Assembly: GCA_964016885.1 (NCBI GenBank)
Contig: OZ024741.1
Coordinates: 215,326,001-215,390,000 of the forward strand
Reading direction: 5' to 3'
DNA from: Eledone cirrhosa
Taxonomy: Eukaryota
DNA length: 64,000 nucleotides
Shown here piece after piece: positions 1-12,599 of this stretch (position 1 is its first letter; every line of letters starts with the position of its first letter). The notes below the pieces were generated by a model that was not told the origin of the DNA, searched no databases, and was given only the letters and a program-made list of their open reading frames with translations. Both the position numbers and the translations under genes were made by a program.

Positions 1-258
1 AGCCTGTAGGTTGAGGAAAAGGAGGAGGAGAGGAAAGGAGTACAAACTCTTCGTACTCCTGGAGATGAGGGTGGCACATTTTTTTTCGGGGGTATGTGTT
101 ACCCATATAAAGTGTCTCCCTCTATCGGGGAAAATCGACTAACTTTTTAAATTCCATTTGTGATAACATTTTACACGTTTTTATTGTATGTAAACTTCCC
201 CCTTTGTATTTGTCCCCTTCTTTTGTGCCCCTGTGGCTAATGAAGAAATATATCTATC
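1..258 (+). mobile_element. 3' end of a Tx1/L1-clade LINE (upstream tandem copy), ending in TATCTATC
   Basis: 1-250 is nearly identical to ~5374-5622, the 3' end of the element that follows, and ends in the same TATC tail motif. Confidence 0.9.
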
Positions 259-475
259 AGACGTGTGTAACTTCGCGGAGAAATTTCCGTTAATTTATGT
301 AAGAAAAAAACGTGAGTTTATAGTTAAATTTTATATCATTGTGTAACTTGACCACCCGTCTGGACCTTCATGTGGTGGGTCAACTCATTTTCGCCCCTAC
401 AGGGGCGGAATATCCATTTGAAAATTTTTTACCCATCGAATCTTTGGAAAAATATTGTAAAATTTTGATTACGTT

Positions 476-1897
476 ATGAACGCTGCGTCCAACGATAATG
501 GTGGTGGAGAGGCGGTAAGACTACAAAGCTCGCAGTCAACAACGTCTTCTTCACTAGATACTATAGAGATGGAAAGACGAAATAAAAATGTAAAAACGAA
601 TTCATATCCAAACAACACAAATGACACCAAACAATTCAATGACAACAAAAATAACAGCGACACCAATAATGATGATAAAAGCAACAATGATAACAACAAC
701 AAAGAAAAAAATAAAGACAACGCCAATAACACCAGCATCAAAGACAACAACAACACCAAGGAAAAGACGAATACTATCAACATCGGGGACAACAAGAATA
801 ACAACAACAATAACAACAATAATGACAACACCACCAATACGGATTCCACAAAGAAACCAAAAATCTCCTTTGCAGAGAAAGTTCAAAAGAAAGAAGAATT
901 GATATATCTCGACATAACAAATGCTGAACAACTTTTAAAGGATGCTCGGAGATATGTCACTTTCGATAAAAATGGTGCTTTCAGCATCATTTCTCCGGTA
1001 GAAATTCGCAAGGAAACTGCTCTCAAAACGATAGTTTTTAGGACAGTTTCCAATTCTACCCGAAAACCAGTCCAATTGTCACAGAAAGAAATTGAACTGG
1101 TTTTCAAAAATTCAATGAATGATATTGCATTCATTCAAAGAAGCAAACTTTTTGGGAGTATTTCGGTACTCATGAAGGATCAATTGACGGCCCAAAATTA
1201 CTCTGTGTCGCCAATTGTATCCAACCTGTACACCTTTTTCCCTACATACATGGGAAAAAGGACACAAAAGATCAGAATCACAAGTGTCACACCAAAGGTG
1301 AACATATGGTGGATGCTGTTCGGCTTCATCCATGTTGATGAAGACAGAATACTGTCAGTAGGAAAGTACCCCAGAGATGTATTCAATGGGACTAGCATTG
1401 AAGTTCTGGTGCAAATGAGCCCAGAGCGAATAGCTATGATCCCACAGCGTGTACTCCTGGACCGACTCACCTACATAAACTTTTCGGTTGAGGGTAGGCG
1501 GCCTTCATGTTACCATTGCTTTAGCAGGGGTCACCTGAGGGCTTCCTGTCCTAAGTTAATGAACCAAAAAAAATGTTCTTCTGCTGACACCCATCAAAAC
1601 AACACAACCACCAACACCACCACAACAACAACAACAACAACAACACCAACACACAAAAATAACCACAACGAACACAGTCCCACCCAACCTCACTCCACCT
1701 ATAACCACTGCAAAATCACATACAGACACAACAGCTCCCCAAGACATACCCCTCCCACTCACACAGACGATACAACAGATGAGGCTATCTCGCCATCACC
1801 CAGTGAAGACGAGGGAGAACCCCATCGCTCGAAAAGAAAGAAAAGACATCACAAACGCAAAAAACCAGCAAACACTACCACAACATACAACCACTAA
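476..1897 (+). CDS. LINE ORF1 gag-like nucleic-acid-binding protein (may continue by frameshift to ~2400)
   Basis: 473-aa ORF with Asn-rich N-terminus, SFAEKV motif, EGRRPSCYHCFSRGHLRASC zinc knuckle (CX2CX4HX4C) and basic C-terminus; lies directly upstream of ORF2. Confidence 0.8.
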   Translation: MNAASNDNGGGEAVRLQSSQSTTSSSLDTIEMERRNKNVKTNSYPNNTNDTKQFNDNKNNSDTNNDDKSNNDNNNKEKNKDNANNTSIKDNNNTKEKTNTINIGDNKNNNNNNNNNDNTTNTDSTKKPKISFAEKVQKKEELIYLDITNAEQLLKDARRYVTFDKNGAFSIISPVEIRKETALKTIVFRTVSNSTRKPVQLSQKEIELVFKNSMNDIAFIQRSKLFGSISVLMKDQLTAQNYSVSPIVSNLYTFFPTYMGKRTQKIRITSVTPKVNIWWMLFGFIHVDEDRILSVGKYPRDVFNGTSIEVLVQMSPERIAMIPQRVLLDRLTYINFSVEGRRPSCYHCFSRGHLRASCPKLMNQKKCSSADTHQNNTTTNTTTTTTTTTTPTHKNNHNEHSPTQPHSTYNHCKITYRHNSSPRHTPPTHTDDTTDEAISPSPSEDEGEPHRSKRKKRHHKRKKPANTTTTYNH

Positions 1898-2433
1898 CAG
1901 AAACAACAAAAACATCACAAACAAAACCCCTACCTCCTGAAAACAAAATACCTACAACAAAACGAAAGCACACACAAGAACTACAGACAAAAACAAACAC
2001 AACACAAGAAAATTACACTTACACTTACATAAACACTGAAAACAAAACACTAATGGAGACCATCACGAACGACCCTTCGGTTTTCACCGAAGGAAAAACT
2101 TTCGCCCACTCTATTAAAAATAGCAAAAAACTGAACCTAAAACTGATTAGGGTCCCTATACAAACTTATAGGTCCCTAAAAGAAACATTTGAGAAGGATG
2201 TGAGGAATTCCTGCGTGAAACCACTCAACTGCGTCCTTCTCAAATGTCTCCCCACCATAGACACCCCTATCCCACCAGACCCCACCCCACCAAACATCTC
2301 CGTCCCCACCCCGCCGGAAACCACCACCCATCCAGACAACCCCTTCAACACCCCCATGGAAATCGTGCGGCCTGGTCCCAAGGAGTCGAAGGGTGAGTGA
2401 TCTCTTTTCCTCTTTTAACTTTTCAGCACCAAC

Positions 2434-5400
2434 ATGGCCAATATAAGAGTTGGATGTGTGAACGTACGCGGCCTGGGGATGCCCTGGAAACAGGGCAAAC
2501 TCTTAAACGACCTCAGGTCGCACAGTATGGATGTGGTAGCCATTTGCGAGTCCAGGATCCACGGCGAGCGACAGCTGGCCCCCATCTTCGATTACTTTGA
2601 GATCTTCGCATCTCTCTGTCAACCGGGGGGTGGGGGCGGAGTTGCCGTTTTGCTGCGGAAACACCTGGGCCTAGTAACACAGACAGTACATCTGGACCCG
2701 GAGGGTCGACTGGTGGTCCTAGACGTTGACGGTAGTGAAGGTGGAGCCTTCAGGCTGGTGGCCGCATATGCCCCATCCGGGACACCGCGGCCAGACTTCT
2801 TCAAACGTCTAGAGACTTTTCTGGGAACGTCCCGCTCCTTGCTTTTAGTGTGGGACTGGAATGGAATTCTAGATGCACGTTGGGACTATGTGGGAGCATA
2901 TCCCGATAAAGGGGGATGTAACAGCCTCAAACAGTTAATCGACTGATTTGACCTGGCCGATAGATATCGACTAGATTTTCCGACTGCGGCACTGTGGACG
3001 TGGAGTAATCGTAGCGGAACATCTAGATCGTACCTAGATAGGGTTCTAGTTAGAAATAAGGATAGGGACATGTTAAGCTGTCCATAAATGTTCATGGTTG
3101 CCTATTCAGATCACAAACTAGTGACCTGCATGGCCAACCTTGATAGAACCCATAGACAAGGACCCGGCTACTGGAAGCTGAACTTGTCGTTACCGACAAG
3201 CAAAGCCTACAGTAGACGGATTAGCACTTTAGTTAAACAGCACTTGACAGGGGCCATTGTCAACAACAGATGGTGGTACTCTCTCAAGAGGGCAGTTAGA
3301 TTAGACTCGATAGTTTTTAGTAAAGAATTAGCGTTAGATAGAAATAGAACCGAGAAGGAACTGGTAGATAAAGCAGAAGAGGCAATTAGAAGTGGCAACG
3401 TAGCCAACGTGCTAGCAACGAGAACGGCTTTGGACCAGTTCTTCGACGCAAAGCACGAGGGCAAACGCAAATCTCCAGGTCTCGACGGTCTACCCTACGA
3501 ATTTTCCGTAGAAATGCCGGACTTATTCTCCGGTCTCCTGGAAGCGGTCTATTGCAACTGGCAACAGAACGGGAGAATTCCCAGTTCTGTGACCGGGGGC
3601 GTAGTCACACTAATCAGGAAGGACGAGAATGAAGGGGATGACATAGGCAACTTCCGGCCCATAACTCTGCTAAACACAGAGTTACAGATTTTAGCCAAGG
3701 TGTTGGCAAAGAGGCTGGCGCTTGTCGTCGAGAATCTGGTGGGAGAAGCGCAGACATGCGCAATCCCGACCAGGTCCATACACGACAACCTCCACCTCAT
3801 GCGATACATCATAGAGAGGGTAGGGTGTAAACCCGGCTTCGGTGGGGCCCTGATCAACTTGGATCAGTCTAAGGCTTTTGATAGGGTTGACCATCGTTAC
3901 CTGGATGCGGTGCTCGAGGCGGCAGGCTTCGGACCCGTCTTCAAGGGCTGGATTGCTGCAATGCACAACAGCAACATCTGCTCAAGGGTCAAGGTGAACG
4001 GCTACCTCTCTGAGCCGTTCCATATTACGCGATCCATTCGACAGGGATGCCCTCTCTCCTCCCTTCTGTACGTACTCACTCTCGAGCCACTACTGCGGAA
4101 GTTGGAGCTATTGCAGGGCATCCCTCTGGAACCGGGACTGCGGAAAGCGGCGTCGGCCTACGCCGACGACGTGATAGTAATGGTGTCGAGCGCCTGGCAA
4201 ATCGAGGATGTCGCCACCTTACTGAAGGAATACGAAAGTTTCACAGGAGCGAAGCTGAACCGGGACAAGTCCTTCGGTTTGCAACTCGGATCGTGGAGAG
4301 GCAAACCGATGTCTTCCGATGGCGTCGTTGGACGCTGGACGGAAGGACCGGTAAAGCTGCTCGGGGTCTGGTTTGGTCCGGACCTCCAGGTGGAGAAGAA
4401 CTGGAACGAAGTGACGACCAAGGTGTTTGCACTCACCCAGAAGTGGGCCGAGTGCAAACTATCCTTGAAAGGTCGAACGGAGGTGGCGAACACTTTTATA
4501 GCGTCCGCCATCAACTACCGCTTGACCGTCTTGCCTTGTCCAGCCAAAACGCTCGCCAAAATGGAACAAAATGTGGGCCCCGTTCGTGAGGCGAGCCTTC
4601 CCACCACTCGTCTCGCTGACCGAGCTGTAGTCCTGGGTCAAGCAAAGACCGAGGAAAATGGGCGACTGGTACATCGAATGTGCTCAGGGGCTCACAACCC
4701 TCTGGCAGGCGGACCCGGCGATCAGTGGAGACTCCACTTCGTCATTCTATAGAGGGTTGATCCGCAGCAAGTGTGACGACGCGCTCGGTGAAACTCTAGG
4801 CGTAGAGGAAGATGAACTGGCCAGTCTGTTCGGTAGGACCTTCCGCCCGGGACCGATGAACAAATTCCAAAAGTCCCTGGCCTGACAGTGCTACCGAGGA
4901 GCTCTACCAGTTCGAGACAATCTCTACAGACATGGGCGCCCGGGCAGGAACCCTGCAAAAAAGATCTGTCCGAGGTGCGTGCGAGACGAAGAAACCATCG
5001 CACACGCATTCATACACTGCCCGGGCGTCACTGACCTGTGGGGCTATGTAGAACGACTATTGTCGCGGGTGGGACCAATCCAGTTGACCACCGAGTCCAT
5101 TGTCATGATCAAACCTCCACCCTCCTTCAAAAACGAAGGAGAGGCGGTTTTCCTTTGTGTGATAGCTATGGCGAAAGAGGTTGTATGGTGGACAAGGTTG
5201 AAAGGGCTGAGGTCAGACACCTTTCTCTCCGGCCAACAACTGATTCTTTTTTTCAAATACCACTTTGGAAGAAGAATCAGGATGGAGAGAGAGGTGCTGT
5301 ACCCCAGCAAGTTTTATGAAAGGTGGGTGAATGTGGCGAGAATGGCCCGAGTGAATGGGCCTTCTCTCTATATCAGCCTGTTGGTTGAGGAAAAGGAGGA

Positions 5401-5482
5401 GGAGAGGAAAGGAGTACAAACTCTTCGTACTCCTGGAGACGAGGGTTGCACATTTTTTCGGGGGTATGTGTTACCCATATAA
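2434..5482 (+). pseudogene. LINE ORF2 (APE endonuclease - reverse transcriptase - zinc finger), disrupted
   Basis: NVRGL, WDWNG, YLDR, SDHK (APE); KSPGLDG, FRPITLLN, LDQSKAFDRV, RQGCPLS, AYADD, LLGV (RT); CPRC..ETIAHAFIHC. Stops near 2944 and 3086, apparent internal deletions near 3462 and 4570, and frameshifts. Confidence 0.9.
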
Positions 5483-5730
5483 ACTGTCTCCCTCTATTGG
5501 CGAAAATCGACTAACTTTTTAAATTACATTTGTGATAACATTTTACACGTTTTTATTGTATGTAAACTTCCCCCTTTGTATTTGTCCCCTTCTTTTGTGC
5601 CCCTGTGGCTAATAAAGAAACATATCTATCTATCTATCTATCTATCTATTTTACACGTCTTTATTGTATGTAAACTTCCCCCTTTGTATTTGTCCCCTTC
5701 TTTTGTGCCCCTGTGGCTAATAAAGAAATA

Positions 5731-5810
<80 letters not shown>

Positions 5811-6046
5811 AGGGAAGACGGGAACACCTACAATACGTGTTCCTGCTGATGAGGGTTGTTTTGTCCAAGGTGTGTTAAACAACCCCGCAGTAAACTTGCC
5901 CCACTATTGGGGATTTTGATTGCTTTCTTTTAATTTTATTTATAGTTTATTGTCATCCATTATTGTTAAAGATTGTATGTAAAACCCCCACCGTCACGTC
6001 TTGCAGTGTACCATTTTTTTACGCCCTTGTGGCAAATAAAGAAACC
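5811..6046 (+). mobile_element. 3' UTR of a second, diverged Tx1-like family
   Basis: Same motif order as the 5400-5620 UTR (three hairpins, TTGTATGTAAA..CCCC, GCCC.TGTGGC.AATAAAGAAA) but diverged in primary sequence. Confidence 0.7.
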
Positions 6047-6117
6047 CTTGCCGCATATCTCGAACATTGCGTTTCATTTTGTTTTTGACCACTGCCGATA
6101 TTCGATCTCACTGAAAT

Positions 6118-6154
<37 letters not shown>

Positions 6155-6155
<1 letters not shown>

Positions 6156-6488
6156 ACTGATGGTAGCTAAGATTCTTCCATAGGCGGTATGCCGGTTGAG
6201 CACTCTTTGTTCTTACAGAGCAGAGTATGATAGAATAGAAAACGAAAAATCAGTGATGTATCTGAACTCAATTTATTGTGTGTTACAATTGTTTCGCCGG
6301 CAGACAGCTCGAGACGCGATCATTGTGTGGATCTGTCTGATTCTGCACCCGCAGGTGTCCGTCGAACCTGCGGGTCCAGAATCAGACATATCCACACAAT
6401 GAACGCGTCTCGAGCTGTTTGCCGGCGAAACAATTGTAACACAAAATAAATTGAGTTCAGATGCATCACTGATTTTTCGTTTTCTATT
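6155..6488. mobile_element. ORF-less fold-back PLE pLTR element (arms 6234-6356 / 6366-6488, tail 6155-6232)
   Basis: ~123-bp inverted arms with 9-nt spacer; same family as 10473-10599 and 13917-14120; contains the hammerhead 3' half GAAA-CAATTG-TA. Confidence 0.8.
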
Positions 6489-6645
6489 TCATATATATAT
6501 ATATATATGCACACTCTAACAAATAACCCATCAGACCTGTTGAAATCATAGATTGGAATATATTGCAACAAGCGAAAAAAAAATATATAATATATATATA
6601 TATATATATGTGAGTGTGTGTGTATGTGTGTGTGTGTGTGTGTGT

Positions 6646-6681
<36 letters not shown>

Positions 6682-6980
6682 ATATATATATATATATATA
6701 TGTGTAAATAAAATAAGAATTTAAAAATAAAAACAGGCGTTATAAGGAAGACAGGGGGTAGTGGAGATGGAGGGTTGTTTTCATGGTAAAACGGTAAAAT
6801 GATAAAATGGTAAAATGGTATGATGGAAAATGTTGGAACTTTCTAAAGAGTCTGTCTAGTCAAAACACATTACTGAGATGTAAACATGGCGCAAAGGCAG
6901 TTTTTGCTCGCCATTTTTATTGCATGAATATGTTTTGTGGGAGTTGGAGATCTTCACCGGCGACGAAATTTGCAACTTGT

Positions 6981-7011
<31 letters not shown>

Positions 7012-7126
7012 TTAATTTATTCATTTATTTATTTATTTATTTATATATTTATTTATTTTTTGTTTATTTACCTTATATTCTTATTTATTTATATATATAT
7101 ATATTTATTCATATATATATTTATTC

Positions 7127-7163
<37 letters not shown>

Positions 7164-7399
7164 TATTTTCCAATTTATATATATTTTTTATTCATGTTCT
7201 GTATATATTTATTTATTTATATATTTTTATTCATTTCTCTATTTATATATATTTATATTTATTTATAATATTTATTTATATATACTTTATTTATTTATTT
7301 TTTTATTTATATATTTAATTGTTTGTTTGTTTGTTTGTTTATTTGCGGAAAATGAAAAATAAAGAAAATATAAATATAAAATATAAAACATAATATGGA

Positions 7400-7811
7400 T
7401 ATGAGGGAAGGAAAGAAACAAAACATTATAAACAAATTATAAGAAGAACGAAAGAAACAAACAAGCGTATAAAGATAGAAAGAAAGAAAGAAAGAAAGAA
7501 GGAGAAATAAGTAAATGATGAAGGAAAGAAAGAACGAATGGAGGAAAGAAAGAAAGATAAAAAGAAGGGAAGAAAAATAAGAGAAATAAAGAAGGGAGGA
7601 AAAAAGAAAGGAAGGAGGAAAGAAAGAAAGAAATAACGAAAGGAATGAAAGCAGGAAAGAAAAAATAAAGAATGAAGGAAAGAAGGAAATAAAGGAAGAA
7701 AGGAATAAGGACAGAAAGAAAAAAGGAAGGAAAGAAAGTAAGAAAGAAAGAAGGAAAGAAAGAAAGACAGAAAGATATAAGGAAAGAATGAAAGAGAAAG
7801 AAAAAGAGCGA

Positions 7812-7847
<36 letters not shown>

Positions 7848-8000
7848 AGGAATTAAATAGAGAAAGAAAGAAAGAAAGAAGGAAAGAAAGAAGGAAATAA
7901 AGAGAGTAAGAAAGAAGAAAATAATGGAAGAAAGAAAGAGAGAAAGAAAGAAAGTGAGAAAGAATGAGAGAGAGAAAGAAGTAAAGGAATAAGAACTAGA
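7400..8000 (+). repeat. Degenerate (GAAA)n/(GGAA)n polypurine tract
   Basis: Direct reading. Confidence 0.9.
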
Positions 8001-8303
8001 ATGTGATAAAATGTGCTATAAATGTATATAAAAGGTATAAGCTGTTACATTAGGTAGCCATGAGCGTCATCTCGATAATAACCTAACACCAACTTAACAC
8101 AAAATCTATCGACCGAATATACCAATATTTTCATATTCTCCTATTTGGAAATTCTCAATACAATTTTTTGATCATCAGAGAAAAGGAAAAATGAAAAGAG
8201 AAAGAAAAAGAAGCAAAGATGGGATATATTCATGTATGTGTGTGCGTGTGTGTGTGTGTCGCTGTGTATCCGCCTGCGTGCGTGTGTATCTGCGTGTTTG
8301 TGA

Positions 8304-8363
<60 letters not shown>

Positions 8364-8427
8364 TTATATGTATATATTTGCATGTATGTATATATGCATA
8401 TGTATGTATATATATATATATTAAATA

Positions 8428-8672
8428 TATATATATACACATAAAAATAAATGCATACATATTTTCATACATGCATACGTATATATATATATACAAACAT
8501 ATATGCATTATTTATATATTTATATATACACACACACACACACATATATATGTGTGTGTGTGTGTGTGTGTATATATAAATATTTAAATAATGCATATAT
8601 GTTTGTATATATATATATACGTATGCATGTATGAAAATATGTATGCATTTATTTTTATGTGTATATATATAT
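8428..8672. repeat. ~245-bp palindrome built from low-complexity sequence, centred near 8547
   Basis: cataaaaataaatgcatacatattttcatacatgcatacg... is mirrored by ...cgtatgcatgtatgaaaatatgtatgcatttatttttatg. Confidence 0.85.
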
Positions 8673-8694
8673 ATATACACACACACATACACTC

Positions 8695-8786
<92 letters not shown>

Positions 8787-9295
8787 ATCTATTTACGTAT
8801 TTATGTATGCATATGTGCGGTTGTGTCTGTGTGCGTGTTTATGTGAGTGTGTGTATATATGTGTCTGTGTACAAAGTGAAAGAGCTAGGTACATCAATTT
8901 TATATATCAGTTCATAATAACAACATAATAAATATATAAAAATAATATAAAATAAATACATCAATATAACAACTAATGCGATGGTGATGATGATAAATAA
9001 ATCATATAAGAAATGGAACCGAAACTCTTGTAATATTCAGTTATTTGAAATCAATTTTCGTTATGGTCTCTGGAACGATTTTGTACTAAATACCTTTGCA
9101 TTCTGCTCGAAATGTTTGCATCACTTCCATTACTGAAATGAGCTACCAATGCTTTTACATGAGATTATCAAATGATCAATAGTTTTGGCTTAAAAACCGA
9201 CGCTCTATAGTTTCAGACAACAAAATATATTCTGTGGTGGTTTTCCACGTAAACAGAAATGATTCGTGGTCGAAGGTAAGAAGAATACATTGAAC

Positions 9296-9500
9296 GTGTT
9301 GGTTGGTTGGGTTGTGATGGTTAGCGTTGGGTTGGTTAGGGTTGGGTTGGCTCCGGTTGACTTGGGTTGGTTAGGGTCGGCTTGGGTTGGCTTGGGTTGG
9401 CTTGGGTTGCTTAGGGTCGGTTTGGGATTGGGTTGGCTCGGCTTGGCTTGCCTTGGCTTGGGTTGGTTAGGGTTTGGTTAGCTTGCCTTAGTTACCTTAG
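9296..9500 (+). repeat. Degenerate (NTTGG)n pentamer repeat
   Basis: gttgg/cttgg/ttagg units. Confidence 0.85.
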
Positions 9501-10437
9501 GCTATTGTTTTCTTCATTTTTTTTCAAATATAATTTTTTATTTTAATACTATTGTTTATTTATTTATTTTTTATATATTTATTTATTTAGATATTCGGCT
9601 TTCACGAAATAGATTATTAATGGTGGAAAAATAGTCATTGAATGTTGTTGGTTTTAGTAAACATCCTAAAATGTTATATGCCAAGTGAAAGATTTTTGAC
9701 ATGCAGATTTATTTTATATTGCTGTTATTGTTTTTATTTATGTACTTGTTTGCTTGTTTGTATATTTATTTGATTAAATATCCCGTGACAATAAACATCA
9801 AATCAAATTTATATTGAAGCTCACCAGATTACAGGTTCCAATACTTACTGAAATTTAATCTGTACTTCAAATATTCAGAGCCAAGATAATGGTTTCTAAT
9901 TTAGAAAAAAACAGACAGAAATCTTTTTGTGGGAAGATGTAAAAATCCATTAAATTTGCCACAGTAGATATTTCATTTCATCTTATAGATAAGGACGATA
10001 GCAATGTTGGTTTTGGCAGGATTTGAAATCAAAATGTAAAGAGCAAGAAAGAAATTTCAGACGGAATATTGTCCGATGGGTGAACGATTCTGTCAACCCA
10101 ACATTTTTTTCTATGGCGTCATAATGGTAACAGAATGCTACATCCATGTATTTTATTGTCAAGATTTTCAAACGTAAGATACCTTTTAGCTAAAAGGTGT
10201 ATGGAAGCACCAGAACATCCCTGTTGTTTCAAAAGTCATTTCTGAATATATGAAATAAAATAATTCATACACTCTAGCAATGTATTGAATACCTTTTTTT
10301 AAACTTTTTAACTCTGGTTACCCCCGCACGACATAAATCGAGAATCTACATATTATATATATATATTCTAAGTGATGGTCCAGGTTTGTTATCTGTAAAT
10401 ATATGTTTATGTGTGTATATGTGTATATATATATACA

Positions 10438-10477
<40 letters not shown>

Positions 10478-11604
10478 GAAAAAAACGAAAAATCAGTGAT
10501 GCATCTGGACTCAGTTTATTGCGTGTTACAATTGTTTCGCCGACAGGTAGCTCGAGACATGATCACTGTATGGATCTGGATGATTCTACGGCTGCAGGTC
10601 CTTCGGACACATGCAATTCTTTCGGAGCAAATTTTCTCACTGGGGTGTTATCATAAAAAAACACCTTCAAAAAACATCTTCCACTCTTGTCATGCCATTG
10701 GCTGTTGTTTTTCTATGTCATCATACATTCTGGACACTATTTACTGCTACACTGGTCGTCAGTCATTTTCCGTCCGACGCACTTCAACGGAAACATGCTG
10801 GGATTGGTATCTTACACGTCTGTTCACACTCCCGAGTATGTACCCACATATACACACACACACACAAATACACACACATACATACACACACATTCATACA
10901 CACACGCAGGCACACACACATGCATGCATATACATATGTACGCACACATGTGTAGACACACATACCCCCATGCACATATATACACACACGCACTCTCCCT
11001 CTCTTACACATACCCAAGTACACCCACACCGACATACCGATCACCACATGCCTATTGGCGTCTGCCTATACAGCCCCTTACATCCGTACTCACACGCACG
11101 CACACGCGCACATACGAGCAGACACACACGTACACGAATACAAAGACATATATCGGCGTTCAGGCACATCTGCACATATATACACAAACACTCTCAGACA
11201 CATACGCACATACACGCATATCCTTATGGATAGGCATCACGGACAGACACACTTCTAAAGACATAAGCACACATACACGCACAGATACAGACCTGTACAC
11301 ATATCTACACACAAGTACATGTACCCGCATATAAACATATAGACAAACCCTGTCCTATGTGGGTGTACGTACGCACCCACACACACACCCACTGACAGAT
11401 ACACATACCATGGAAGTATATATGTGTACACACACACATACACACGCATACATACACACACACATACACATATACATATATATATACATATATATACACA
11501 TACACATACAAGCTTATACACACATATGTCTATATGTGTACACACACACACAAACACATAGACACACACATACGCACACACATATGCCTACGCATATCCA
11601 TATT

Positions 11605-11642
<38 letters not shown>

Positions 11643-11744
11643 CACATACATATATACACATACATACACACACACATACACACACATATATATAACTCTA
11701 CATGCATACACATACCCACATATATATATATATATATACATAAA

Positions 11745-12110
11745 TGTAGAAGTTCTATTTAAATTGTTGGGATACAACAAGCAAATATTTTTATAACTGA
11801 TATAAAGCACTCAACAAATTATTGGAGTAAACATACGATATATAAAAAAATGGAAACTATATTTATAAAACCATATTTATTTCATTATACATATTTCAAG
11901 GACACCAAGTTAAATTATGGTGTGCTTTCATCAGATAAAATATAATATAGATCAGTTTTATAAATATATATTGACATACCCTTAAATAATGCGACCATTT
12001 CTGTTGGAATCTCCCGGATAGTGGGATTATAAAATTATTTATACTATTATGCAAATTATTGTCGGATATTTTTAAATCACAGTAGATTTAAAATAAGCCG
12101 TTGGGGTATG
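11745..12110 (-). mobile_element. PLE pLTR (related to 51318-51592), ending in (TA)n
   Basis: Shares TTTTATCTGATGA...GAAATATGTATAAT and a downstream GAGTGCTTT with the 51.4-kb pLTR. Confidence 0.65.
11885..11938 (-). ncRNA. Hammerhead ribozyme-like motif (type I, weak stems I and III)
   Basis: ttat CTGATGA aag cacacca..tggtgt cctt GAAA tatgta taa. Confidence 0.55.
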
Positions 12111-12392
12111 GAGAGAGGGAAAGAGAAAAAGGAAAAAAGAAAAAAGAAAAAAGAAAAAAGAAAAAAGAAAAAAGAAAAAAGAAAAAAGAAAAAAGAAAAA
12201 AGAAAAAAGAAAAAAGAAAAAAGAAAAAAGAAAAAAGAAAAAAGAAAAAAGAAAAAAGAAAAAGATAAAAAAAAAAGAAAAAAAAAAGAAAAAAGCAGCT
12301 TTAAGAGGAAAATAAAAAACGAGAAAAAGAGAAAGAGAGAAGGAGAAGAAAAAAGAAAAGAGAAAAGAGAAAGCGAAAGAGAAAAGAGAAAG
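12108..12392 (+). repeat. (A5-6G)n polypurine repeat
   Basis: Direct reading. Confidence 0.9.
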
Positions 12393-12599
12393 CCCTAAGT
12401 GATAGGTTGTTGTATTAGCATAACTTTTAAGATGAAGTGAAAAAATAAATATTTTTGGATGAGTAAAGTAAATAAGTAAATAAGCGTGAATGGAAAATAC
12501 TCGTGAATGAAAAATACTCGTGAATGAAAAATGAAATGTAACCAGTGTTTAAATATGATTAAATGTTTAGTTTGTACCACTACAAACAGGCCGTGTGTG

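Larger units (their letters stand above)
259..5810 (+). mobile_element. Near full-length Tx1/L1-clade non-LTR retrotransposon with (TATC)n tail
   Basis: ORF1 with CCHC knuckle; ORF2 with APE endonuclease, RT and C-terminal zinc finger; AATAAA followed by (TATC)n; last ~85 bp of the 3' UTR tandemly duplicated (~5540-5622 and ~5648-5730). Confidence 0.92.

Noticed and set aside
2944-2946. TGA in the LINE endonuclease as recoding
   Set aside because: Simply explained as CGA>TGA decay in an ORF with other stops, deletions and frameshifts.
5840-5895. CTGATGA plus stem as a hammerhead or SECIS in the Tx1-like UTR
   Set aside because: No GAAA follows stem II, there is no 3' GA for a SECIS quartet, and the paralog reads GAGATGA.
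8130-8185. Minus-strand CTGATGA as another hammerhead
   Set aside because: No properly placed GAAA with stem III or stem I could be built.
9296-9500. Interstitial telomere
   Set aside because: The period is 5 (NTTGG) with only sporadic TTAGGG.
9040-10180. Possible host exons (AG..GTAAG at 9217-9275 and ~9988-10173)
   Set aside because: Only the 59-nt piece is open; neighbouring candidates have stops in all frames and no recognisable domain. RNA-seq would be needed.
10700-10740. 5' half of the hammerhead for the 10473/6234 family
   Set aside because: The only candidate is ATGATGA with poor stem I and II pairing; only the 3' half is supported.
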